DNA of 64,000 nt from contig JANLTJ010000261.1 of assembly GCA_031362885.1 (NCBI GenBank), forward strand, positions 9,326 through 73,325. The letters are read 5' to 3'. This document shows, piece by piece, positions 29,118-42,167 of this stretch. Under the pieces are notes generated by a model that was not told the origin of the DNA, ran no database searches, and saw only the letters and a program-made list of their open reading frames with translations. The DNA comes from Betaproteobacteria bacterium. Its GTDB lineage: Bacteria > Pseudomonadota > Gammaproteobacteria > Burkholderiales > JACQAP01. A program made the translations under genes and the position numbers. How positions within the stretch are numbered: the stretch's first letter is position 1; every line of letters starts with the position of its first letter.

Positions 29118-30774
29118 GAGCGGAACTCGACCGCTCGATCGTGCGCGTGATCTGCCACTGCTGCGCAATGGAGAGGATGTTGTTCACCAGCCAGTAGAGC
29201 ACCAGCCCTGCTGGGAAAAAGAAAAAGAAAACGCTGAATGCCACAGGCATGATCTTCATGATCTTCGCCTGAACCGGGTCAGGCGGCGTCGGATTCAGGT
29301 AGGTCTGGATAATCATGGTCGCACCCATCAGCACCGGCAGAATATAGTAAGGATCGGTCGCTGACAGATCCTTGATCCACCATATGAAGGGCGCATTGCG
29401 CAGTTCCACACTCGCAAGCAACACCCAGTACAGCGCAATAAACACCGGTATCTGGACCACAATCGGCAGACAACCACCCAGCGGATTGATTTTCTCGGTC
29501 TTGTACATCTCAATCATCGCCTGATGCATGCGCTGGCGATCGTCCCCGAATTGCTCCTTGAGCTTTTGCATCTTCGGCGCCATGACGCGCATCTTCGCCA
29601 TTGACCGGTAACTCGCCGCAGACAGGGGATAGAAAATCAGCTTGATGATGACTGTCAGCAAGATGATCGATACACCCCAGTTGTTGGCCCATTTCTGAAT
29701 GGCTGACAGCACCCAGAACAAAGGCGTTGCGATAATGGTAAGCCAGCCATAATCCACCGTCAGATTAAGTCCCGGAGAAAGTTGTTCGAGTTTCTCCTGA
29801 TCCTGAGGTCCGGCGTAAATTCGCATATCGATGGTCGCATCGGCGCCTGGTTCCAGGCTGCTTACCGGCACAATGACACCGGCCGCATAAAGATCGTTGC
29901 CCACAGAGCGCGTGTAAAACTCCCGGGCCCCATCTCCGGACGGCAGGAGAGCCGCTACGAAGTAATGCTGGACGATCGCGATCCAGCCATCCTTGGAATG
30001 GATTGGATGGTCGGTTTTCCCTTTCTCAATATCGGAAAAGCCTACCTTCTGAAATTTTGAGCTTTCGGTGTATACCGCTACCCCGGTATAAGTGGGCACC
30101 ATCTTCGAATCGCCTGCGGCCGGCGACCCGTCTCGCACCAATTGAAAATACGCGAAAGGCTTAAGGGCTATAGAGCTTCGATTGGAAATCCGGAAACTCT
30201 CTTCGATCAAGTAACTTCCTCGCCTGAACTTGATCTGCTTGACTACGGCTATATCCTTGCTCTCTTGCGCCGTTAGCGACACGACCAGTTCATCCGTCCC
30301 GGCAGGCATTTCATAGTTCGTCCTGGCCGCGCTATAAGTAGTCGTGTGATTGGGTAGCTTGTCGCCGATAAGACCACTCTGCGCCACGTAAGTATGGACA
30401 GCGTCCTTTTGAAACAGGACGAAATTCCTGGAGCGGTCCACCTTGTCCTTGTGCTCGGTAAACTCGATCCGTCGCAGGACTCCGCCCACCGGATCGATCT
30501 CCGCAATCAAAACATCGGTGCGTACCTGGATCGCTGGAAGAGTTCGCGTGTCAGCCGCCACATTTGGCACCATTACCGAGTCCGCGAATTTGCCCGGCGC
30601 TTTCGGGGCAATCGCTGCTGGCGGCAACGCTGACGTGGGTGTTGGCAGGTGCGTCTGACCCGCCACTTGATTTGGCAACGGTATTTGTGGACTGTTTTCC
30701 TTGTTCCATGCTTCGAACAGCAAGAACACGGAAACTGCGAATACCATTGCCGCAACTAATCGCAAACTGTCCAT
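29104..30774 (-). CDS. yidC: membrane protein insertase YidC
   Basis: 556 aa. N-terminal TM helix, a large periplasmic domain, and a conserved C-terminal 5-TM core (NWGVSIILLT..IK...YPL). Confidence 0.95.
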   Translation of the reverse strand: MDSLRLVAAMVFAVSVFLLFEAWNKENSPQIPLPNQVAGQTHLPTPTSALPPAAIAPKAPGKFADSVMVPNVAADTRTLPAIQVRTDVLIAEIDPVGGVLRRIEFTEHKDKVDRSRNFVLFQKDAVHTYVAQSGLIGDKLPNHTTTYSAARTNYEMPAGTDELVVSLTAQESKDIAVVKQIKFRRGSYLIEESFRISNRSSIALKPFAYFQLVRDGSPAAGDSKMVPTYTGVAVYTESSKFQKVGFSDIEKGKTDHPIHSKDGWIAIVQHYFVAALLPSGDGAREFYTRSVGNDLYAAGVIVPVSSLEPGADATIDMRIYAGPQDQEKLEQLSPGLNLTVDYGWLTIIATPLFWVLSAIQKWANNWGVSIILLTVIIKLIFYPLSAASYRSMAKMRVMAPKMQKLKEQFGDDRQRMHQAMIEMYKTEKINPLGGCLPIVVQIPVFIALYWVLLASVELRNAPFIWWIKDLSATDPYYILPVLMGATMIIQTYLNPTPPDPVQAKIMKIMPVAFSVFFFFFPAGLVLYWLVNNILSIAQQWQITRTIERSSSAHAKR

Positions 30775-30793
30775 TGATGAGAGAGTTCTAAAA

Positions 30794-31003
30794 TTAAGGT
30801 ACCGGATCGGCGCCGCCCGGATGCCATGGATGGCATCGGAGGATCCGCTTCGTTGTCAGCCACCCTCCCCGTGCCGCGCCATATCTGCCAACAGCAGATT
30901 TGGCATATTCCGAACAGGTTGGGTAGAAACGGCAGCTATTGCCAGTCCACGGACTTAGCAGGATCTGGTACAGCCGTATGACTATCAAAAGCATCGCCCG
31001 CAT
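30794..31003 (-). CDS. yidD: membrane protein insertion efficiency factor YidD
   Basis: 69 aa. YQ..LSP......CRF.PTCSEYA......G...G..L...RI.RCHP. Confidence 0.9.
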   Translation of the reverse strand: MRAMLLIVIRLYQILLSPWTGNSCRFYPTCSEYAKSAVGRYGAARGGWLTTKRILRCHPWHPGGADPVP

Positions 31004-31326
31004 CAGCCGGACTCGCGCAGTAGCGTTACCAGTTCTTCCCGAAGAGTAGCCAATTCCGCGCTACTGACTTTCCGGCGAGCCCTCACAACAAAATCGCCTG
31101 GACCGAGTTGGGTACGCAATAAACGGAATACTTCGCGAACCGCGCGTTTCATCATGGAACGGGTTACTGCCCGCGGAGCTACATGCCTGCCCACCACCAC
31201 TCCCAAGCGCGACTGCTCGTCCTGACCGCTAGTCCTCTTCAGGACGAGCAGATACTTGCCTTGACGTCTCGCCTCGAATCTCCCGGTGAACTGCGCTTTG
31301 CCGCGAAGCCCTGCTGTGCGCGGCAA
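31003..31326 (-). CDS. rnpA: RNase P protein component
   Basis: 107 aa basic protein between rpmH and yidD with a TTG start. The RNR-like block [13 protein letters not shown] is present. The start is uncertain. Confidence 0.8.
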   Translation of the reverse strand: MPRTAGLRGKAQFTGRFEARRQGKYLLVLKRTSGQDEQSRLGVVVGRHVAPRAVTRSMMKRAVREVFRLLRTQLGPGDFVVRARRKVSSAELATLREELVTLLRESG

Positions 31327-31343
31327 CCGGAAGCGTTCGCGCT

Positions 31344-31478
31344 TCAGACCGCCAGACGTGCCCGTCCTTTGGCGCGACGAGCGTTGATAACCGCCCGGCC
31401 ACCGCGCGTCTTCATGCGCTCCAGAAAACCGTGCGTGCGCGCGCGGCGCGTCTTTGAGGGTTGGTAAGTGCGCTTCAT
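31344..31478 (-). CDS. rpmH: 50S ribosomal protein L34
   Basis: Hand translation of the reverse strand gives [44 protein letters not shown] (44 aa), too short for the ORF track. Confidence 0.95.
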   Translation of the reverse strand: MKRTYQPSKTRRARTHGFLERMKTRGGRAVINARRAKGRARLAV

Positions 31479-31559
31479 AATATTTCGACTCCGATAACGG
31501 GCGGAAAAAGCGCGGTATTACACGGGTTTTTGTACGCGCTTGTCAACCTCGACCAAGAA

Positions 31560-31578
31560 TTATCCAGCCTGTGGATAA
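31560..31578. promoter_or_regulatory. inverted pair of DnaA boxes upstream of dnaA (TTATCCAGC c TGTGGATAA)
   Basis: TGTGGATAA (31570-31578) is the exact complement of consensus TTATCCACA. TTATCCAGC (31560-31568) matches 7/9. The pair lies about 90 nt upstream of the dnaA ATG. Confidence 0.75.
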
Positions 31579-31663
31579 CTTGACGGCTTGCTGGTAGACT
31601 CCATAATCAAGTCTTCAGGCCATCCAAGGCCTTTCCCTGCGTCCAATAAAACCTGCTGCGTCG

Positions 31664-33001
31664 ATGGATAGCGTCTGGAATCATTGCCTTCGCCATTTTG
31701 AAAAAGCCCTTCCAGCGCAGCAGTTTAAGACCTGGATACAGCCGCTTCACGGGTACCTCGACGGCGAATACGTTGTGATATCGGCTCCAAATCGCTTTGT
31801 TCTTGAGTGGGTAAAAGACAAGTTCCTTTCGGATATCGAACGACTTTCCACCGAGTACCTGCTAAAACCTGTGGAAGTCGTATTGAATTTGAACAACAAA
31901 CGCCCAGCCGATACGGTCGCTTTACCGGTCACGCCTGCTCCGATCAGCGCGGAACCCTCTGCAAAACCCAAGATTCGTGAATTGACACGGCTCAATCCCT
32001 CGTTCACGTTCAATTCTTTTGTAACCGGGAAAGCAAACCAACTGGCGCGAGCCGCCGCGCTTCAGGTCGCCGAGCATCCCGGTACTGCCTACAATCCACT
32101 GTTTGTTTACGGCGGCGTCGGGCTGGGTAAGACTCATTTGATTCAAGCGATCGGTAATTTTTTGATCGAATCAAAATCCTCCGCCAATGTGCGCTACATT
32201 CACGCGGAGCAATATGTTTCTGATGTTGTGCGTGCCTATCAACATAAAGCTTTCGATGGCTTCAAAAAATACTATCACTCGCTTGATCTGCTCTTGATCG
32301 ATGACATCCAGTTCTTCAGCGGAAAAAATCGTACTCAGGAAGAGTTTTTTTATGCGTTCAATGCCTTAATTGAGGCTCATAAACAGGTCATTATCACCTG
32401 CGATAGCTATCCAAAAGAGATAACCGGTATCGAGGATCGCCTGATCTCGCGATTCGGCTGGGGTTTGACAGTAGCAATCGAGCCTCCGGAACTTGAAATG
32501 AGAGTTGCTATTCTGCTAAAGAAAGCAGAAGCGGATCGCGTGACTCTGGATGAAGATGTCGCTTTCTTCATAGCCAACTGCATACAATCCAACGTCCGCG
32601 AACTGGAAGGCGGCCTCAAACGTGTCCAAGCCTATGCCAAGTTTGCGAACGCCAAAGTATCGCTGGATCTTGCTCGCGACGCTCTGAAAGACCTCTTGGC
32701 TGTCCAGGTTCGCCAAGTTTCGATCGAGAACATCCAGCGCGTGGTCGCTGAGTACTACAAGATCAAGGTCTCCGACATGTACTCCAAGGATCGTTCACGA
32801 GCTGTGGCTCGCCCCAGACAGGTGGCAATGGCTCTGGCCAAGGAACTAACCCAGTTGAGCCTTCCTGACATTGGTGATGCCTTCGGTGGGCGAGATCACA
32901 CGACCGTTCTTCATGCTTGCCGTAAAATCGTTGATCTCCGGTCCACCCATCCAGAAATTTCCCGGGACTTCTCCGCACTCTTGCAAACATTACGCGGTTG
33001 A
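31664..33001 (+). CDS. dnaA: chromosomal replication initiator DnaA
   Basis: 445 aa. Walker [11 protein letters not shown], box VII, and the C-terminal DNA-binding helix ([11 protein letters not shown]). Confidence 0.97.
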   Translation: MDSVWNHCLRHFEKALPAQQFKTWIQPLHGYLDGEYVVISAPNRFVLEWVKDKFLSDIERLSTEYLLKPVEVVLNLNNKRPADTVALPVTPAPISAEPSAKPKIRELTRLNPSFTFNSFVTGKANQLARAAALQVAEHPGTAYNPLFVYGGVGLGKTHLIQAIGNFLIESKSSANVRYIHAEQYVSDVVRAYQHKAFDGFKKYYHSLDLLLIDDIQFFSGKNRTQEEFFYAFNALIEAHKQVIITCDSYPKEITGIEDRLISRFGWGLTVAIEPPELEMRVAILLKKAEADRVTLDEDVAFFIANCIQSNVRELEGGLKRVQAYAKFANAKVSLDLARDALKDLLAVQVRQVSIENIQRVVAEYYKIKVSDMYSKDRSRAVARPRQVAMALAKELTQLSLPDIGDAFGGRDHTTVLHACRKIVDLRSTHPEISRDFSALLQTLRG

Positions 33002-33178
33002 TAATCGAGGTATGAAATGTTGAAAACTCTCTTAAATAACAATGAAGACAATTTGATGCACATTTCACCCACAGATACTTCCTTGTTTATACAGTTCGAT
33101 AAACGTCTGAATTTATTTATAATTTAACCTTAACTAACAACTTTTTCAGACCTTACTACTATTATCAAGGTTTAAAGA
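33002..33178. other. AT-rich dnaA-dnaN spacer (roughly 30% GC by eye)
   Basis: 177 bp containing ATTTATTTATAATTTAAC and weak DnaA-box-like 9-mers (TTATACAGT, TTATCAAGG, and the complement of TTCACCCACAG). It contrasts sharply with the flanks. Confidence 0.6.
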
Positions 33179-34285
33179 ATGAAGATTCTGGATATAGACA
33201 AAGACGTACTTCTCAAACCCCTGCAAGCTGTTTCGGGCATCGTCGAACGTCGTCATACCTTGCCAATACTTTCCAATGTTTTATTGGAAACCAAAGGGAA
33301 CCAATTAAGACTGGTGGCGACGGATCTGGAAATCCAAATCGTCACATCAGCCGCGTTGGAAAAGCCTGCTGTAGACCACGCTGTAACTGTATCGGCGAGA
33401 AAACTTCAGGATATTCTGCGAGCGCTCCCCGAAAAAACAGCGGTAACCCTGGACGCGCAGGAAGGGCGCCTCCAAGTGAAAGCGGGCAAGAGCAAGTTCA
33501 GTCTTCAGACCTTGCCGTCGCAGGATTTTCCGCGCCTGGCGGAAGGTGGTTCATCCACGTCGACGGTCACGTTATCGCAAAAGATTTTTCGCAATCTTCT
33601 GTCCCTTGTTCAGTATGGAATGGCCCAGCAGGACATTCGCTACTATCTCAACGGACTATTGCTGGTGGCAGAGGGCAAACAACTGACCATGGTAGCAACC
33701 GATGGCCATAGACTGGCCTATGCAACCACGACCCTGGCCGTCGAGGTATCTCGCTCGGAAGTCATTATTCCAAGAAAAGCCGTAATAGAACTGGCGAAAC
33801 TTTTGCAGGATGTGGAAGAAGAAGTGGAACTTCAGATCCTGCCGAATCAAGTCCGTTTCCTGTTCGCTGGAATTAACATCGTTTCAAAAGTAGTGGATGG
33901 AAAATTTCCCGACTATACCCGGGTGATACCTGTCAACTATCAGAAGCATTTCCTGATCGACCGGGTGGTTTTGCAGCAAGCCTTACAACGCGCTTCGATC
34001 TTGTCCAATGAGAAATTCAGAGGCGTGCGTTGGGTATTGGCGACGAACAGTCTGCGAATCATATGCAGCAACACTGAGCAGGAAGAGGCCGAAGAAGAAT
34101 TGGTCGTCGACTACACCGGTGAACCGCTGGATATTGGATTCAACATTGTCTACCTGCTGGACGTTCTGAATAATCTTGAAACGCAGGAGGTCGATTGCGC
34201 AGTGGGCGATGCAAACAGCAGCATGTTGGTTTCAATCCCGGGTAACAAAGACTTCAAGTACGTCGTGATGCCAATGCGCATTTGA
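33179..34285 (+). CDS. dnaN: DNA polymerase III beta sliding clamp
   Basis: 368 aa. LLKPLQ.VSGIVERRHTLPILSNVLLE N-terminus and C-terminal MPMRI. Confidence 0.97.
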   Translation: MKILDIDKDVLLKPLQAVSGIVERRHTLPILSNVLLETKGNQLRLVATDLEIQIVTSAALEKPAVDHAVTVSARKLQDILRALPEKTAVTLDAQEGRLQVKAGKSKFSLQTLPSQDFPRLAEGGSSTSTVTLSQKIFRNLLSLVQYGMAQQDIRYYLNGLLLVAEGKQLTMVATDGHRLAYATTTLAVEVSRSEVIIPRKAVIELAKLLQDVEEEVELQILPNQVRFLFAGINIVSKVVDGKFPDYTRVIPVNYQKHFLIDRVVLQQALQRASILSNEKFRGVRWVLATNSLRIICSNTEQEEAEEELVVDYTGEPLDIGFNIVYLLDVLNNLETQEVDCAVGDANSSMLVSIPGNKDFKYVVMPMRI

Positions 34286-36700
<2,415 letters not shown>

Positions 36701-36712
36701 AACCAGGCTTCC

Positions 36713-39271
36713 TCAGGCGGCGTTGCGCTTGCCGCCTTTCCTGACTGCTGGTTTCTTCGCGGATTTCTTCGGAGCGGGTCTCTTGGTCGATTCGGTCACC
36801 TTGACGGGTTTCGACGACTTCGGGAATTTTTTCGTCTTGACTGGTTTTGCGGCCTTACCGGATTTGGATGCGAGCAGTTCAAGCGCTTCGTCGAGCGTAA
36901 TTTTCTCTGGATCGATTGACGCTGGAATGGTTGCGTTGATTTTGCCGTACTTCACGTACGGGCCGTAACGGCCGCTATGTACGGCAACCGAACGCTTGTC
37001 GTCCGGATGCGCGCCCAGCGAGCGACCGCTGCCGCCGGCTGCTTTCTTTTCAGCCAGCAACTCAACGGCTCTGGTCAGCGTAATGTCATGGATGCTTTCG
37101 GCTTTCGGGATCGATTTGAACATCCCGTCGTGTTTCACATATGGACCAAAACGACCAATATTGGCTTCGACGACCTTGCCAGACTCCGGGTGATTTCCAA
37201 GCTGGCGTGGCAAAGAGAGCATTTTTAGAGCGGTTTCCAGATCGGCCGCAGCCGCGGGGATATTTTTCGGCCAGGCCGCGCGCTTGGGTTTTTGCGTCTT
37301 GTCTTCAGGGGTGGGACCCAGTTGCACGTAGAAACCATACGGTCCCTTCATGAGCAGGATGTCCAGGCCGGTAGCGGGATCCTTGCCAAGTTCGACCGGA
37401 CCCGCCGGTGCATCACCCCAGGGACGTGTGTAGTCGCAATCCGGATAGCCGCTGCAACCGACAAACAAGCCGCGTCTACTGTTTTGGAGAAATAGCTGTT
37501 TCTTGCATTTTGGGCAGGCTTCCTCCAACGGGCTGCCGCGAGGCACTTTCTCCTTCGATTTCAGAGCACGGGAAAAATCCTTCCAGAACTCTCTCAGGAC
37601 AGGTACCCACTCCCGATCGCCGTTGGAAATTTCATCGAGTTCCTCTTCCAGCCGGGCCGTAAAACCATAGTCCACATAGTGACTGAAGTGCGAAGTCAGG
37701 AACCCGTTCACCAGCCGTCCTATGTCGGTGGGCATGAAACGCTTTTTCTCAAGCAGGGCATAACCGCGGTCTTGAAGCGTCGAAATGATATTAGCGTAGG
37801 TTGAAGGCCTGCCGATTCCAAATTCTTCCAGCGTCTTTACCAGACTGGCTTCTGTATAGCGCGGTGGAGGTTGGGTGAAATGTTGTTCACCGAAAATACG
37901 GTCAACCGCAACGGTCTCCTTTTCCTCAAGCAACGGCAATCTGGCTTCTTCCTCTTGCTCAACGTCATCCTTGTCTTCTAGGTAGACGGCCATGAAACCG
38001 GGAAAGACCAGAATCTGTCCGCTTGCCCGAAACAAGGTATCGGCGCGGCCCGCCGCCAGATCAACCGAGGTCGTATCGTATTTTGCCGCGGTCATCTGGC
38101 AGGAAAGAGTGCGCTTCCAGATCATCTCGTAGAGCGCGGCCTGATCTGCGGTGAGATGCTTGCGGATGGCATCGGGTGATCGATTGATGGATGTCGGGCG
38201 GATCGCTTCGTGCGCTTCCTGAGCGTTCTTGGATTTGTTGCGATACTCAACAGGTGCGCCAGGCAGATACGCAGGATCGAATTTGGTCTTGATGTATTTT
38301 CGGATCTCGACCAGCGCCTCGTTCGCCAGAGACAGTGAGTCGGTTCGCATGTAAGTGATCAAACCGACGGTGCCACCATCGATCTCCACGCCTTCGTAGA
38401 GCTGCTGAGCGGTACTCATCGCTCCGCGCGTGGTCATGCCGAGCTTGCGCACGGCCTCCTGCTGGAGCGTCGAAGTGGTAAACGGCGGCGCCGGCTGACG
38501 ACTCTTTGGTTTGCGCTCGACCCTGACGACCTTGGCCGTTCCTTTCGAGGTTTTCTCAATGTCGGCGACGATTTTGCGATGCTCGTCGTCGCTGACGATG
38601 GAAAACTGCTCAATCTTGTCGCCGCGATACTGGATGAGTCGCGCGACAAACTTTTGCTTGCTCTTGTGACTGTCAATGTGCAAAGACCAGTATTCGCGGC
38701 TTTTGAACTTTTCAATTTCGAGTTCGCGCTCTACCAGCAGGCGCAACGCAGGACTTTGTACCCGTCCGGCGGAAAGACTGGGGCCGATTTTTTTCCACAG
38801 CAGGGGCGAGAGATTGAAACCGACCAGGTGGTCAAGCGCTCTGCGCGCCTGCTGCGCGTTTACCAGTGGCATGGAAATGCCGCGTGGGCTGGCAACGGCT
38901 TCCTTGACCGCAGATTCCGTGATTTCGTAGAACACAACCCTGTTGAGTTTCTTGTTCTTAAGCAGCTTCTTGTCTTTTAGGATTTCTCCCAGATGCCAGG
39001 CAATGGCTTCACCCTCTCGATCCGGATCGGTAGCCAGATAAATATTGGTGGCTTTGGCAACCGCTCTGGTGATCGCATCGACATGCTTCTTGTTCTTCTC
39101 GACAAGCGCGTAGCGCATGCTGAAATCGTCGCTCGGATCGACGGCGCCTTCCTTGGCTTCCAGATCGCGCACATGACCGTAGGACGCGATGATCTCGAAA
39201 CCACTGCCAAGATACTTCTTGAGAGTTTTCGCCTTGGATGGCGACTCTACGATCAACAGATTTTGCGACAT
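36713..39271 (-). CDS. topA: DNA topoisomerase I
   Basis: Track ORF 36713..39328. Internal ATG 39271 (MSQNLLIVESPSKAKTLKKYLG, Toprim) gives 852 aa. It has C4 zinc ribbons (CPKCKK...CSGYPDC) and a Lys-rich tail. Confidence 0.95.
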   Translation of the reverse strand: MSQNLLIVESPSKAKTLKKYLGSGFEIIASYGHVRDLEAKEGAVDPSDDFSMRYALVEKNKKHVDAITRAVAKATNIYLATDPDREGEAIAWHLGEILKDKKLLKNKKLNRVVFYEITESAVKEAVASPRGISMPLVNAQQARRALDHLVGFNLSPLLWKKIGPSLSAGRVQSPALRLLVERELEIEKFKSREYWSLHIDSHKSKQKFVARLIQYRGDKIEQFSIVSDDEHRKIVADIEKTSKGTAKVVRVERKPKSRQPAPPFTTSTLQQEAVRKLGMTTRGAMSTAQQLYEGVEIDGGTVGLITYMRTDSLSLANEALVEIRKYIKTKFDPAYLPGAPVEYRNKSKNAQEAHEAIRPTSINRSPDAIRKHLTADQAALYEMIWKRTLSCQMTAAKYDTTSVDLAAGRADTLFRASGQILVFPGFMAVYLEDKDDVEQEEEARLPLLEEKETVAVDRIFGEQHFTQPPPRYTEASLVKTLEEFGIGRPSTYANIISTLQDRGYALLEKKRFMPTDIGRLVNGFLTSHFSHYVDYGFTARLEEELDEISNGDREWVPVLREFWKDFSRALKSKEKVPRGSPLEEACPKCKKQLFLQNSRRGLFVGCSGYPDCDYTRPWGDAPAGPVELGKDPATGLDILLMKGPYGFYVQLGPTPEDKTQKPKRAAWPKNIPAAAADLETALKMLSLPRQLGNHPESGKVVEANIGRFGPYVKHDGMFKSIPKAESIHDITLTRAVELLAEKKAAGGSGRSLGAHPDDKRSVAVHSGRYGPYVKYGKINATIPASIDPEKITLDEALELLASKSGKAAKPVKTKKFPKSSKPVKVTESTKRPAPKKSAKKPAVRKGGKRNAA
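36715..36739 (+). terminator. candidate gyrB terminator embedded in the last codons of the convergent topA
   Basis: AGGCGGC-gttgcgctt-GCCGCCT followed by TT, starting 15 nt after the gyrB stop. The stem is only 6-7 bp and the T tract is short. Confidence 0.35.
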
Positions 39272-39393
39272 TGGATTTCCGGCCTGGAAAGGAGGCGGAA
39301 TGATAAGAACTTGATGGCGCCGGAGCAAGCGCCGCGATTTGTGGACCCTTTGCGCGGGGTGATCTGTTCTTTCCGGAGCGATATGCAGCCCGT

Positions 39394-39846
39394 TTAATGC
39401 AGGTAGTGTTCCTCATTGGAAGAAACTAGTTCTGTCAGAATCAGGGCATCCGGGGTTTCGTTTTGGTTCCACAGCACCATCAATGCGATAAGTTTGACTT
39501 TGTCCAGGTCTACTGCCGGTTCGTCCAGGGCCAGCACGCGCTCGATGATAAGTTCACGCTGTAGCCCACCGATACCACGAGCGTTTTCCAGGAACAGCAG
39601 AAAGCCGCGCGCCTGCGGCGTGAGGCTGCCCAGTTCCATCTCCGTGTACAAACGAAAACCCTTGCTTGGCGTCAAGGCCGAGCGTGTGTTATCGACGCGC
39701 TCGAGACCGTCCAGCCAGCTTAGTGCCTGCGAGATGTCGCGGCTGTCGAAGCCTGCCGTGGAAAGACGTCTGGATAGAACAGCCGGATCGGGATAAGCGC
39801 CGGCATGAAAATAGTTTTTGAACAGGAAGACGAGTATGTCGAACAT
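39394..39846 (-). CDS. smg: Smg protein (DUF494)
   Basis: 150 aa. MFDILVFLF.NY N-terminus and the conserved dprA-smg-topA context. Confidence 0.85.
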   Translation of the reverse strand: MFDILVFLFKNYFHAGAYPDPAVLSRRLSTAGFDSRDISQALSWLDGLERVDNTRSALTPSKGFRLYTEMELGSLTPQARGFLLFLENARGIGGLQRELIIERVLALDEPAVDLDKVKLIALMVLWNQNETPDALILTELVSSNEEHYLH

Positions 39847-39879
39847 ATGCCCCTGTCTGGAGGATTTGGCATCCTCATT

Positions 39880-40965
39880 TTAACGCACCCGCTGGAAACT
39901 GCCGCCAGAAAGCCGACTGACAACACCGTCGAGCTCCAGCGTTAATAGCATCGCCGAAGCGCAATCCGGCGTCAAGCCGCTACGCTGACACAAGGTGTCC
40001 AGACTGACTGGATCGAAACCCAGCGCAGCAAGCAGGGGATCGTCCGGAGCGATTTCAGGCGTCCGGGATTCTTTGCTCTTCTGGTCGCGAATCGACGCGT
40101 CGAACTCCTCGAGAATGTCCTGGCTGCTTTCGACGAGTTTTGCGCCCTGCTTGATCAGCAAGTGGCAGCCTTTTGAAAGCGGTGAATGAATTGAACCGGG
40201 GACTGCAAAGACTTCCCGACCTTGCTCAAGCGCATAACGCGCCGTGATAAGCGATCCGCTCTTGAGCGCGGCTTCCACAATCAGACATCCGCGCGACAAT
40301 CCGCTGATCAAACGATTACGGCGCGGAAAATTGGAAGCAAGCGGAGGCGTTCCCAGTGCAAATTCGGACATCAGTGCCCCTTTGGCGGCCAGCTGATGAG
40401 CCAGATCGCGATTGCGTGCCGGATAGACGATATCGAGACCGGTGCCGACCACAGCAATGGACGACGAAGCCGCAGCGAGGCCACCCGCATGTGCTGCCGC
40501 GTCGATGCCGAGAGCCAATCCGCTGACGATCGTGAAGCCACCTTCCGACAGCTCGCGCGAAAAGGCTTCCGCGTTTGCGTGGCCTTGATGAGTTGCGTTT
40601 CGGCTTCCCACGACCGCCAACGATGCGCGGTCGAGCAAAGCGGGATCGCCTTTCACGTACAGTATGGGTGGCGGATCGGCTATTTCCAGCAGCAGCTTTG
40701 GATATGTCGAGTCGGCAAGCGTTATCAGCCCGTTGGCGGAATCGTCGAGCCAGCGTTGCGCGGCGTCTACACGTTCCGGATCGGGACCGCGCAGGATGGC
40801 GGTTGCGACGTCATCAGATACAACGCCAGACAACGCTGTGCGATCAGCCGCACAAATATCTTCGGGTGACTTAAGCGCGGTTAGCAGCTTGCGCCAGGCT
40901 GCCGGAGTCAGTTCTGGAATGAGCCCGAGTCTGAGCCAGGCCAGTGTTTCCAGGTTCGGCGACAT
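39880..40965 (-). CDS. dprA: DNA processing protein DprA (Smf)
   Basis: 361 aa. Rossmann-like block VVGSRNAT..G......L...L...G..IVSGLA.GID..AH. Confidence 0.9.
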   Translation of the reverse strand: MSPNLETLAWLRLGLIPELTPAAWRKLLTALKSPEDICAADRTALSGVVSDDVATAILRGPDPERVDAAQRWLDDSANGLITLADSTYPKLLLEIADPPPILYVKGDPALLDRASLAVVGSRNATHQGHANAEAFSRELSEGGFTIVSGLALGIDAAAHAGGLAAASSSIAVVGTGLDIVYPARNRDLAHQLAAKGALMSEFALGTPPLASNFPRRNRLISGLSRGCLIVEAALKSGSLITARYALEQGREVFAVPGSIHSPLSKGCHLLIKQGAKLVESSQDILEEFDASIRDQKSKESRTPEIAPDDPLLAALGFDPVSLDTLCQRSGLTPDCASAMLLTLELDGVVSRLSGGSFQRVR

Positions 40966-40979
40966 GCGCCGCGAATCCG

Positions 40980-42044
40980 TTACGGCGTTTGAACTACATC
41001 GAGCACATTGACTGGACGCGTCGTATTCATAACCAGCCCGTACGACACTTTCTCGAACACGCGAAACAGAAACACCGTTCCGTAGCGTTCCGGGGGAAGT
41101 TTTAGCTTCTCTTTCCGGTCCTCGGCACCCGCAGGTGTCACTGAAGGGCGGTCATGGTACAGGGCCAGAACATGGCCAATTTCCATCCCTTCGCGCCGGC
41201 CACGATTAATGATCACCACTTCCAGGGATGCAATTTCTGAAACGGAATTGTCCGAACCAGCGATCACCCGGCCCTTGACTACGGTACTGGGCGCGCGCGG
41301 GATATAGGCCAAAGCTTGTTGAGGGGGAGTCTTCGCGAGTCGATCGCCAGGAAGAATTTCCTGGACCACGTTGGTCAGCAGCACCGTGCTGACATTTCCA
41401 TACTCGCTAACTTGTGCGTCACCAAGATAGACCGCCTCCCTGCCAAGCACCTCCTTGGTGTCAGGATCGACGAAGGTGCGACCAGGGCGGAATACGCTCC
41501 ACTGTGTTCCCTGTTCCCGGGTTACGCCTCTGGTAAAGGCGGTATCCCCGCTCGAAAGCACAACACGGGTTTCCGGACCTGCAACCAGGGTCGGCGCTAT
41601 TTTCAGTTCCCGCTCGCCGACCACCAGAGGCTTGGCCAAGAATGGTTCAATTGCGCTGGCGGGAATGCTCGAAACGGCGGTACCCGTCAGTGCTTGTGAC
41701 CGGATGTTTGGACTCAACTTGGTTTCCAGCAATTGCCATTCCGATTCGCTGTTGCCGGTGCCGTCTTTGTGCAGGCGGGGCATTTTTCCGCTCAAATCAA
41801 GCACAATCACGTCACCAGGGTAGATCCAGTGGGGATTCTTGATCTCCTCTCTGTTCAAACCCCAGACATCTGGCCAGCGCCACGGGTCTTTGAGGAACTT
41901 GGCGGAAATGTCCCATAACGTGTCGCCCTTTACCACGACGTAGCGGTCAGGCACATTTTCGACCAATGCGATTTCATCCGCCTTCGGACTGCCGGACGTC
42001 CAAAGGGACACCAGCAGCAGCAACGATATAATTGATTTGCCCAT
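40980..42044 (-). CDS. LysM peptidoglycan-binding domain protein
   Basis: 354 aa. Signal peptide and LysM motif YVVVKGDTLWDISAKFLKDPWRWPDVW. It is divergent from def, as in many proteobacteria. Confidence 0.85.
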   Translation of the reverse strand: MGKSIISLLLLVSLWTSGSPKADEIALVENVPDRYVVVKGDTLWDISAKFLKDPWRWPDVWGLNREEIKNPHWIYPGDVIVLDLSGKMPRLHKDGTGNSESEWQLLETKLSPNIRSQALTGTAVSSIPASAIEPFLAKPLVVGERELKIAPTLVAGPETRVVLSSGDTAFTRGVTREQGTQWSVFRPGRTFVDPDTKEVLGREAVYLGDAQVSEYGNVSTVLLTNVVQEILPGDRLAKTPPQQALAYIPRAPSTVVKGRVIAGSDNSVSEIASLEVVIINRGRREGMEIGHVLALYHDRPSVTPAGAEDRKEKLKLPPERYGTVFLFRVFEKVSYGLVMNTTRPVNVLDVVQTP

Positions 42045-42167
42045 CTCAGGCTCCCGTGTCTAACGATCTGGAATTGCTAATCATGTCAGCGGCGACCTCA
42101 AAGTCGACCACCGATTCGATACTTTGGATTAAATTCTGCATCTAGTTTATTAAATTTGCAAGAAATT

